Source: Eledone cirrhosa
Lineage: Eukaryota
NCBI GenBank assembly: GCA_964016885.1
Contig: OZ024762.1
Coordinates: 28,520,001-28,584,000, forward strand
Reading direction: 5' to 3'
Length of the DNA stretch: 64,000 nucleotides
Part shown: positions 53,182-64,000 of the stretch, piece after piece
Layout of the letters: each line of letters starts with the position of its first letter
Position numbering within the stretch: the first letter of the stretch is position 1
Position numbers and translations under genes: made by a program
Notes under the pieces: model-generated
The model's input: the letters and a program-made list of their open reading frames with translations, nothing else
Database searches by the model: none
Told to the model about the DNA's origin: nothing

Positions 53182-56100
53182 GTAACAATACAGTAGTTTT
53201 ATTAGATATGGGGTTGCTCTGTAACAAGACAGTAGCTTTTATTCTATATTGGGTTGGTGTGTAACACGACAGTAGCTTTTATTAAATATTGGGTTGGTCT
53301 GCAACAAGTTAGTAGCTTTTATTAAATATTGGGTTGGTCTGTAACAAGAGAGTTGCTTTTATTAAATATTGGGTTGGTGTGTAACAAGACAGTAGCTTTT
53401 ATTCAATATTATGTTGGTGTGTAACAAGACAGTAGCTTTTATTAAATATTGGGTTGGTCTGCAACAAGACAGGAGCTTTTATGAAATATTGGGTTGGTCT
53501 GTAACAAGACAGTAGCTTTTATTCAATATTGGGTTCGTCTGTAACAAGACAGTAGCTTTTATTCAATATTGGGTTGGTGTGTCACAAGACAGTAGCTTTT
53601 ATTAAATATTGGGTTGGTCTGTAACAAGACAGTAGCTTTTATTAAATATTAGGTTGGTCTGTAATAAGACAGTAGCTTTTATTAAATATTGGGTTGGTGT
53701 GTAACAAGACAGTTGCTTTTATGCATTATTGGGTTGGTCTGTAACAAGACCGTAGCTTTTATTCAATATTGGGTTCGTGTGTAACAAGACAGTAGCTTTT
53801 ATTCAATATTGGGATGGTCTGTAACAAGACAGTAGCTTTATTAGATATGGGGTTGCTCTGTAACAAGACAGTAGCTTTTATTCAATATTGGGTTGGTCTG
53901 TAACAAGACAGTAGCTTTTATTCAATATTATGTTGGTCTGAAACAAAACAGTAGGTTTTATTCAATATTGGGTTGGTGTGTAACAAGACAGTCGCTTTTA
54001 TTCAATATTGGGTTGATGTGTAACAAGGCAGTAACTTTTATTCAATATTGGGTTGGTGTGTAACAAGACAGTAGCTTTTCGTAAATATTAGGTTGGTGTG
54101 TAACAAGACAGTAGCTTTTTTAATATATTGGGTTGGTCTGTAACAAGACAATAGCTTTTATTCAATATTGGGTTGGTCTGTAACAAGACAGTATCTTTTA
54201 TTCAATATTGGGTTCGTGTGTAACAAGACAGTAGCTTTTATTAAATATTGGGTTCGACTGTAATAAGACAGTAGCTTTTATTCAATATTATGTTGGTGTG
54301 TAACAAGACAGTAGGTTCTATTAAATATTGGGTTGGTCTGTAACAAGACAATAGCTTTTATTGAATATTGGGTTGGTCTGTAGCAAGACAGTAGCTTTTA
54401 TTCAATATTGGGTTGGTGTGTAAAACGACAGTAGCTTTTATTCAATATTGGGTTGGTGTGTAACCAGACAGTAGCTTTTATTAAATATTGGGTTCGTCTG
54501 TAATAAGACAGTAGCTTTTATTCAATATTATGTTGCTGTGTAACAAGACAGTAGATTTTATTAAATATTGAGTTGGTCTGTAACAAGAGAGTTGCTTTTA
54601 TTAAATATTGGTTTGGTGTGTAACAAGACAGTAGCTTTTATTTAATATTGGGTTGGTGTGTAACAATACAGTAGCTTTTATGCAATATTGGGTTGGTCTG
54701 TAACAAGAGAGTAGCTTTTATTGAATATTGCGTTGGTCTGTAACAAGACAGTAGCTTATATTCAATATTGTTCTGGTCTGTAACAAGACAATAGCTTTTA
54801 TTCAATATTAGGTTGGTCTGTAACAAGACAATAGCTTTTATTTAATATTATGTTGGTGTGTAACAAGACAGTAGCTTTTATTAAATATTGGGTTGGTCTG
54901 CAACAAGACAGGAGCTTTTATGAAATATTGGGTTGGTCTGTAACAAGACCGTAGCTTTTATTCAATATTGGTTTCGTGTGTAACAAGACAGTAGCTTTTA
55001 TTCAATATTGGGATGGTCTGTAACAAGACAGTAGCTTTATTAGATATGGGTTGCTCTGTAACAAGACAGTAGCTTTTATTCAATATTGGGTTGGTCTGTA
55101 ACAAGACAGTAGCTTTTATTCAATATTGGGTTGGTGTGTCACAAGACAGTAGCTTTTATTAAATATTGGGTTGGTCTGTAACAAGACAGTAGCTTTTATT
55201 AAATATTGGGTTGGTCTGTAATAAGACAGTAGCTTTTATTAAATATTGGGTTGGTGTGTAACAAGACAGTTGCTTTTATGCATTATTGGGTTGGTCTGTA
55301 ACAAGACCGTAGCTTTTATTCAATATTGGGTTCGTGTGTAACAAGACAGTAGCTTTTATTCAATATTGGGATGGTCTGTAACAAGACAGTAGCTTTATTA
55401 GATATGGGGTTGCTCTGTAACGAGACAGTAGCTTTTATTCAATATTGGGTTGGTCTGTAACAAGACAGTAGCTTTTATTCAATATTATGTTGGTCTGAAA
55501 CAAAACAGTAGGTTTTATTCAATATTGGGTTGGTGTGTAACAAGACAGTCGCTTTTATTCAATATTGGGTTGATGTGTAACAAGGCAGTAACTTTTATTC
55601 AATATTGGGTTGGTGTGTAACAAGACAGTAGCTTTTCGTAAATATTAGGTTGGTGTGTAACAAGACAGTAGCTTTTTTAATATATTGGGTTGGTCTGTAA
55701 CAAGACAATAGCTTTTATTCAATATTGGGTTGGTCTGTAACAAGACAGTATCTTTTATTCAATATTGGGTTCGTGTGTAACAACACAGTAGCTTTTATTA
55801 AATATTGGGTTCGACTGTAATAAGACAGTAGCTTTTATTCAATATTATGTTGGTGTGTAACAAGACAGTAGGTTCTATTATATATTGGGTTGGTCTGTAA
55901 CAAGACAATAGCTTTATTGAATATTGGGTTGGTCTGTAGCAAGACAGTAGCTTTTATTCAATATTGGGTTGGTGTGTAAAACGACAGTAGCTTTTATTCA
56001 ATATTGGGTTGGTGTGTAACAAGTCAGTAGCTTTTATTAAATATTAGGTTGGTCTGTAACAACACAGTAGCTTTTATTGAATATTGGGTTGGTCTGTAAC

Positions 56101-59100
56101 AAGACAGTAGCTTTTATTCAATATTAGGTTAGTGTGTAACAAGACAGTAGCTTTTATTAAATATTGCGTTGGTCTGTAACAAGACAGTAGCCTTTATTCA
56201 ATATTAGGTTGGTCTGTAACAAGACAATAGCTTTTATTTGATATTGGGTTGGTGTGTAACAAGGCAGTAGCTTTTATTAAATATTGGGTTCGTCTGTAAT
56301 AAGACAGTAGCTTTTATTCAATATTAGGTTAGTGTCTAACAAGACAGTAGCTTTTATTAAATATTGTTCTGGTCTGTAACAAGACAATAGCTTTTATTCA
56401 ATAATGGGTTGGTCTGTAACAATACAGTAGCTTTATTAGATATGCGGTTACTCTGTAACAAGACAGTAGCTTTTATTCTATATTGCGTTGGTGTGTAACA
56501 CGACAGTAGCTTTTATTAAATATTGGGTTTGTCTGCAACAAGGCAGTAGCTTTTATTAAATATTGGGTTGGTCTGTAACAAGAGAGTTGCTTTTATTAAA
56601 TATTGGGTTGGTGTGTAACAAGACAGTAGCTTTTATTCAATATTGGGTTGGTCTGTAACAAGACAGTAGCTTTTATTCAATATTATGTTGGTGTGTAACA
56701 AAACAGTAGCTTTTATTAAATATTGGGTTGGTCTGCAACAGGACAGGAGCTTTTATGAAATATTGGGTTGGTCTGTAACAAGACAGTAGCTTTTATTCAA
56801 TATTGGGTTCGTCTGTAACAAGACAGTAGCTTTTATTCAATATTGGGTTGGTGTGTCACAAGACAGTAGCTTTTATTAAATATTGGGTTGGTCTGTAACA
56901 AGACAGTAGCTTTTATTAAATATTGGGTTGGTCTGTAATAAGACAGTAGCTTTTATTAAATATTGGGTTGGTGTGTAACAAGACAGTTGCTTTTATGCAT
57001 TATTGGGTTGGTCTGTAACAAGACCGTAGCTTTTATTCAATATTGGGTTCGTGTGTAACAAGACAGTAGCTTTTATTCAATATTGGGATGGTCTGTAACA
57101 AGACAGTAGCTTTATTAGATATGGGGTTGCTCTGTAACAAGACAGTAGCTTTTATTCAATATTGGGTTGGTCTGTAACAAGACAGTAGCTTTATTAGATA
57201 TGGGGTTGCTCTGTAACAAGACAGTAGCTTTTATTCAATATTGGGTTGGTGTGTAACAAGACAGTAGCTTTTATTCAATATTGGGTTGGTCTGAAACAAG
57301 ACAGTAGCTTTTATTAAATATGGGTTGGTCTGTAACAAGACGGTAGCTTTTATTCAATATTCGGTTGGTGTGTAACAAGACAATAACTTTTATTAAATAT
57401 TGGGTTGGTCTGTAACAAGACAGTAGCTTTATGCATTATTGGCTTGGTCTGTAACAAGACAGTAGCTTTTATTCAATATTGGGTTGGTGTGTAACATGTC
57501 AGTAGCTTTTATTAAATATTAGGTTGGTCTGTAACAAGACAATAGCTTTTATTAAATATTGGGTTGGTGTGTAACAAGACAGTAGCTTTTATTAAATATT
57601 AGGTTAGTGTGTAACAAGACAGTAGCTTTTATTAAATATTGCGTTGGTCTGTAACAAGACAGTAGCCTTTATTCCATATTAGGTTGGTCTGTAACAAGAC
57701 AATAGCTTTTATTTGATATTGGGTTGGTGTGTAACAAGGCAGTAGCTTTTATTAAATATTGGGTTCGTCTGTAATAAGACAGTAGCTTTTATTCAATATT
57801 AGGTTAGTGTCTAACAAGACAGTAGCTTTTATTAAATATTGTTCTGGTCTGTAACAAGACAATAGCTTTTATTCAATAATGGGTTGGTCTGTAACAATAC
57901 AGTAGCTTTATTAGATATGCGGTTACTCTGTAACAAGACAGTAGCTTTTATTCTATATTGGGTTGGTGTGTAACACGACAGTAGCTTTTATTAAATATTG
58001 GGTTGGTCTGCAACAAGGCAGTAGCTTTTATTAAATATTGGGTTGGTCTGTAACAAGAGAGTTGCTTTTATTAAATATTGGGTTGGTGTGTAACAAGACA
58101 GTAGCTTTTATTCAATATTGGGTTCGTGTGTAACAAGACAGTAGCTTTTATTCAATATTGGGATGGTCTGTAACAAGACAGTAGCTTTATTAGATATGGG
58201 GTTGCTCTGTAACAAGACAGTAGCTTTTATACAATATTGGGTTGGTCTGTAACAAGACAGTAGCTTTTATTCAATATTGGGCTGGTGTGTAACAAGACAG
58301 TAGCTTTTATTCAATATTGGGTTGGTCTGAAACAAGACAGTAGCTTTTATTAAATATTGGGTTGGTCTGTAACAAGACGGTAGCTTTTATTCAATATTCG
58401 GTTGGTGTGTAACAAGACAATAACTTTTATTAAATATTGGGTTGGTCTGTAACAAGACAGTAGCTTTTATGCATTATTGGGTTGGTCTGTAACAAGACAG
58501 TAGCTTTTATTCAATATTGGGTTGGTGTGTTACATGTCAGTAGCTTTTATTAAATATTAGGTTGGTCTGTAACAAGACAATAGCTTTTATTAAATATTGG
58601 GTTGGTGTGTAACCAGACAGTAGCTTTTATTAAATATTGGGTTCGTCTGTAATAAGACAGTAGCTTTTATTCAATATTATGTTGCTGTGTAACAAGACAG
58701 TAGATTTTATTAAATATTGGGTTGGTCTGTAACAAGAGAGTTGCTTTTATTAAATATTGGTTTGGTGTGTAACAAGACAGTTGCTTTTATTCAATATTGG
58801 GTTGGTGTGTAACAATACAGTATCTTTTATGCAATATTGGGTTGGTCTGTAACAAGAGAGTAGCTTTTATTGAATATTGCGTTGGTCTGTAACAAGACAG
58901 TAGCTTTTATTCAATATTGTTCTGGTCTGTAACAAGACAATAGCTTTTATTCAATATTAGGTTGGTCTGTAACAAGACAATAGCTTTTATTTAATATTAT
59001 GTTGGTGTGTAACAAGACAGTAGCTTTTATTAAATATTGGGTTGGTCTGCAACAAGACAGGAGCTTTTATGAAATATTGGGTTGGTCTGTAACAAGACAG

Positions 59101-62100
59101 TAGCTTTTATTCAATATTGGGTTCGTCTGTAACAAGACAGTAGCTTTTATTCAATATTGGGTTGGTGTGTCACAAGACAGTAGCTTTTATTAAATATTGG
59201 GTTGGTCTGTAACAAGACAGTAGCTTTTATTATATATTGGGTTGGTCTGTAATAAGACAGTAGCTTTTATTAAATATTGGGTTGGTGTGTAACAAGACAG
59301 TTGCTTTTATGCATTATTGGGTTGGTCTGTAACAAGACCGTAGCTTTTATTCAATATTGGTTTCGTGTGTAACAAGACAGTAGCTTTTATTCAATATTGG
59401 GATGGTCTGTAACAAGACAGTAGCTTTATTAGATATGGGTTGCTCTGTAACAAGACAGTAGCTTTTATTCAATATTGGGTTGGTCTGTAACAAGACAGTA
59501 GCTTTTATTCAATATTGGGTTGGTGTGTCACAAGACAGTAGCTTTTATTAAATATTGGGTTGGTCTGTAACAAGACAGTAGCTTTTATTAAATATTGGGT
59601 TGGTCTGTAATAAGACAGTAGCTTTTATTAAATATTGGGTTGGTGTGTAACAAGACAGTTGCTTTTATGCATTATTGGGTTGGTCTGTAACAAGGCCGTA
59701 GCTTTTATTCAATATTGGGTTCGTGTGTAACAAGACAGTAGCTTTTATTTAATATTGGGATGGTCTGTAACAAGACAGTAGCTTTATTAGATATGGGGTT
59801 GCTCTGTAACAAGACAGTAGCTTTTATTCAATATTGGGTTGGTCTGTAACAAGACAGTAGCTTTTATTCAATATTATGTTGGTCTGAAACAAAACAGTAG
59901 GTTTTATTCAATATTGGGTTGGTGTGTAACAAGACAGTCGCTTTTATTCAATATTGGGTTGATGTGTAACAAGGCAGTAACTTTTATTCAATATTGGGTT
60001 GGTGTGTAACAAGACAGTAGCTTTTCGTAAATATTAGGTTGGTGTGTAACAAGACAGTAGCTTTTTTAATATATTGGGTTGGTCTGTAACAAGACAATAG
60101 CTTTTATTCAATATTGGGTTGGTCTGTAACAAGACAGTATCTTTTATTCAATATTGGGTTCGTGTGTAACAAGACAGTAGCTTTTATTAAATATTGGGTT
60201 CGACTGTAATAAGACAGTAGCTTTTATTCAATATTATGTTGGTGTGTAACAAGACAGTAGGTTCTATTAAATATTGGGTTGGTCTGTAACAAGACAATAG
60301 CTTTTATTGAATATTGGGTTGGTCTGTAGCAAGACAGTAGCTTTTATTCAATATTGGGTTGGTGTGTAAAACGACAGTAGCTTTTATTCAATATTGGGTT
60401 GGTGTGTAACAAGTCAGTAGCTTTTATTAAATATTAGGTTGGTCTGTAACAACACAGTAGCTTTTATTGAATATTGGGTTGGTCTGTAACAAGACAGTAG
60501 CTTTTATTCAATATTAGGTTAGTGTGTAACAAGACAGTAGCTTTTATTAAATATTGCGTTGGTCTGTAACAAGACAGTCGCCTTTATTCAATATTAGGTT
60601 GGTCTGTAACAAGACAATAGCTTTTATTTGATATTGGGTTGGTGTGTAACAAGGCAGTAGCTTTTATTAAATATTGGGTTCGTCTGTAATAAGACAGTAG
60701 CTTTTATTCAATATTAGGTTAGTGTCTAACAAGACAGTAGCTTTTATTAAATATTGTTCTGGTCTGTAACAAGACAATAGCTTTTATTCAATAATGGGTT
60801 GGTCTGTAACAATACAGTAGCTTTATTAGATATGCGGTTACTCTGTAACAAGACAGTAGCTTTTATTCTATATTGGGTTGGTGTGTAACACGACAGTAGC
60901 TTTTATTCAATATTGGGTTGGTCTGCAACAAGGCAGTAGCTTTTATTAAATATTGGGTTGGTCTGTAACAAGAGAGTTGCTTTTATTAAATATTGGGTTG
61001 GTGTGTAACAAGACAGTAGCTTTTATTCAATATTGGGTTCGTCTGTAACAAGACAGTAGCTTTTATTCAATATTGGGTTGGTGTGTCACAAGACAGTAGC
61101 TTTTATTAAATATTGGGTTGGTCTGTAACAAGACAGTAGCTTTTATTAAATATTGGGTTGGTCTGTAATAAGACAGTAGCTTTTATTAAATATTGGGTTG
61201 GTGTGTAACAAGACAGTTGCTTTTATGCATTATTGGGTTGGTCTGTAACAAGACCGTAGCTTTTATTCAATATTGGTTTCGTGTGTAACAAGACAGTAGC
61301 TTTTATTCAATATTGGGATGGTCTGTAACAAGACAGTAGCTTTATTAGATATGGGTTGCTCTGTAACAAGACAGTAGCTTTTATTCAATATTGGGTTGGT
61401 CTGTAACAAGACAGTAGCTTTTATTCAATATTGGGTTGGTGTGTCACAAGACAGTAGCTTTTATTAAATATTGGGTTGGTCTGTAACAAGACAGTAGCTT
61501 TTATTAAATATTGGGTTGGTCTGTAATAAGACAGTAGCTTTTATTAAATATTGGGTTGGTGTGTAACAAGACAGTTGCTTTTATGCATTATTGGGTTGGT
61601 CTGTAACAAGGCCGTAGCTTTTATTCAATATTGGGTTCGTGTGTAACAAGACAGTAGCTTTTATTCAATATTGGGATGGTCTGTAACAAGACAGTAGCTT
61701 TATTAGATATGGGGTTGCTCTGTAACAAGACAGTAGCTTTTATTCAATATTGGGTTGGTCTGTAACTAGACAGTAGCTTTTATTCAATATTATGTTGGTC
61801 TGAAACAAAACAGTAGGTTTTATTCAATATTGGGTTGGTGTGTAACAAGACAGTCGCTTTTATTCAATATTGGGTTGATGTGTAACAAGGCAGTAACTTT
61901 TATTCAATATTGGGTTGGTGTGTAACAAGACAGTAGCTTTTCGTAAATATTAGGTTGGTGTGTAACAAGACAGTAGCTTTTATTAAATATTGGGTTGGTC
62001 TGTAATAAGACAGTAGCTTTTATTCAATATTGGGTTGGTCTGTAACAAGACAGTATCTTTTATTCAATATTGGGTTCGTGTGTAACAAGACAGTAGCTTT

Positions 62101-64000
62101 TATTAAATATTGGGTTCGACTGTAATAAGACAGTAGCTTTTATTCAATATTATGTTGGTGTGTAACAAGACAGTAGGTTCTATTAAATATTGGGTTGGTC
62201 TGTAACAAGACAATAGCTTTTATTGAATATTGGGTTGGTCTGTAGCAAGACAGTAGCTTTTATTCAATATTGGGTTGGTGTGTAAAACGACAGTAGCTTT
62301 TATTCAATATTGGGTTGGTGTGTAACAAGTCAGTAGCTTTTATTAAATATTAGGTTGGTCTGTAACAACACAGTAGCTTTTATTGAATATTGGGTTGGTC
62401 TGTAACAAGACAGTAGCTTTTATTCAATATTAGGTTAGTGTGTAACAAGACAGTAGCTTTTATTAAATATTGCGTTGGTCTGTAACAAGACAGTCGCCTT
62501 TATTCAATATTAGGTTGGTCTGTAACAAGACAATAGCTTTTATTTGATATTGGGTTGGTGTGTAACAAGGCAGTAGCTTTTATTAAATATTGGGTTCGTC
62601 TGTAATAAGACAGTAGCTTTTATTCAATATTAGGTTAGTGTCTAACAAGACAGTAGCTTTTATTAAATATTGTTCTGGTCTGTAACAAGACAATAGCTTT
62701 TATTCAATAATGGGTTGGTCTGTAACAATACAGTAGCTTTATTAGATATGCGGTTACTCTGTAACAAGACAGTAGCTTTTATTCTATATTGGGTTGGTGT
62801 GTAACACGACAGTAGCTTTTATTCAATATTGGGTTGGTCTGCAACAAGGCAGTAGCTTTTATTAAATATTGGGTTGGTCTGTAACAAGAGAGTTGCTTTT
62901 ATTAAATATTGGGTTGGTGTGTAACAAGACAGTAGCTTTTATTCAGTATTGGGTTGGTCTGTAAGAAGACAGTAGCTTTTATTCAATATTATGTTGGTGT
63001 GTAACAAGACAGTAGCTTTTATTAAATATTGGGTTGGTCTGCAACAGGACAGGAGCTTTTATGAAATATTGGGTTGGTCTGTAACAAGACAGTAGCTTTT
63101 ATTCAATATTGGGTTCGTCTGTAACAAGACAGTAGCTTTTATTCAATATTGGGTTGGTGTGTCACAAGACAGTAGCTTTTATTAAATATTGGGTTGGTCT
63201 GTAACAAGACAGTAGCTTTTATTAAATATTGGGTTGGTCTGTAATAAGACAGTAGCTTTTATTAAATATTGGGTTGGTGTGTAACAAGACAGTTGCTTTT
63301 ATGCATTATTGGGTTGGTCTGTAACAAGACCGTAGCTTTTATTCAATATTGGTTTCGTGTGTAACAAGACAGTAGCTTTTATTCAATATTGGGATGGTCT
63401 GTAACAAGACAGTAGCTTTATTAGATATGGGTTGCTCTGTAACAAGACAGTAGCTTTTATTCAATATTGGGTTGGTCTGTAACAAGACAGTAGCTTTTAT
63501 TCAATATTGGGTTGGTGTGTCACAAGACAGTAGCTTTTATTAAATATTGGGTTGGTCTGTAACAAGACAGTAGCTTTTATTAAATATTGGGTTGGTCTGT
63601 AATAAGACAGTAGCTTTTATTAAATATTGGGTTGGTGTGTAACAAGACAGTTGCTTTTATGCATTATTGGGTTGGTCTGTAACAAGGCCGTAGCTTTTAT
63701 TCAATATTGGGTTCGTGTGTAACAAGACAGTAGCTTTTATTCAATATTGGGATGGTCTGTAACAAGACAGTAGCTTTATTAGATATGGGGTTGCTCTGTA
63801 ACAAGACAGTAGCTTTTATTCAATATTGGGTTGGTCTGTAACTAGACAGTAGCTTTTATTCAATATTATGTTGGTCTGAAACAAAACAGTAGGTTTTATT
63901 CAATATTGGGTTGGTGTGTAACCAGACAGTCGCTTTTATTCAATATTGGGTTGATGTGTAACAAGGCAGTAACTTTTATTCAATATTGGGTTGGTGTGTA
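53182..64000 (+). repeat. Copy 2 of the >=10.8-kb block (matches 30890-41708); truncated by the window end
   Basis: Same ordered private variants as copy 1 (caagttagtag, attgagttgg, aacgagac, ggcttggtct, aacatgtcag, tccatatt, atacaatatt, gggctgg, taactagac, aagaagac) at a constant 22292 offset. Confidence 0.94.

Larger units (their letters stand above)
1..64000 (+). repeat. 40-bp tandem satellite array, ~1600 monomers, consensus TATT(A/C)AATATTGGGTTGGT(C/G)TGTAACAAGACAGTAGCTTT; runs off both window ends
   Basis: Directly visible, e.g. 161-200 tattaaatat taggttggtc tgtaacaaga cagtagcttt. The same unit recurs every 40 bp, mostly with 0-4 substitutions and rare 1-2 bp deletions, always in the same orientation, with no non-repeat sequence anywhere. 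Confidence 0.99.

Noticed and set aside
3160-54826. Nine 61-63 aa minus-strand ORFs (e.g. MLQTNPIFNKSYCLVTHQPNIE...)
   Set aside because: Because 40 is not divisible by 3, each frame cycles through the same 40-aa pattern every 120 bp with a recurring stop. The ORFs appear only where a variant removes one stop, and they begin at TTG rather than ATG. There is no promoter, RBS or domain evidence, so they are repeat artefacts.
1-64000. CRISPR array or CRISPR-like repeat-spacer system (repeat length and weak dyad are superficially similar)
   Set aside because: Monomers abut directly with no unique spacers, variation is point substitution of the same unit, and there is no leader or cas gene in the window.
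1-64000. Giant repetitive protein gene (mucin- or adhesin-like)
   Set aside because: The unit length is not a multiple of 3, stops recur in all frames, and the longest supplied ORF is 63 aa.
1-64000. Pure sequencing or assembly artefact (concatemer or collapsed repeat)
   Set aside because: Variants are structured, shared between distant blocks and hierarchically nested, which random error would not produce. Individual near-identical duplications still need read validation.
1-64000. Embedded transposon, inversion or unique-sequence island
   Set aside because: Reading through the window, every segment aligned to the monomer in the same orientation; I saw no reverse-complement monomers or foreign sequence.

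Overview
The whole 64 kb window is one uninterrupted, head-to-tail, single-orientation tandem satellite array with a 40-bp monomer. The consensus is TATT(A/C)AATATTGGGTTGGT(C/G)TGTAACAAGACAGTAGCTTT, there are about 1600 copies, it is about 65-68% AT, and the + strand is G-rich and C-poor. I see no genes, RNA genes, transposon insertions, inversions or CRISPR spacers; the listed ORFs are by-products of the repeat. The real information is in the order of monomer variants, which shows nested higher-order structure: 160-bp (4-mer) duplications, loose ~1.2-1.3 kb, ~1.9-2.1 kb and 2280-bp (57-mer) higher-order units, tandem duplications of 1720, 2520/2760, 4038 and 4796 bp, and a near-identical >=10.8 kb block repeated 22,292 bp away. 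There is also an apparent single-monomer gene-conversion tract. This looks like eukaryotic satellite (centromeric, heterochromatic or subtelomeric) DNA, but organism, family and function cannot be determined from the sequence alone. Block boundaries were read by eye from diagnostic variants and are approximate.
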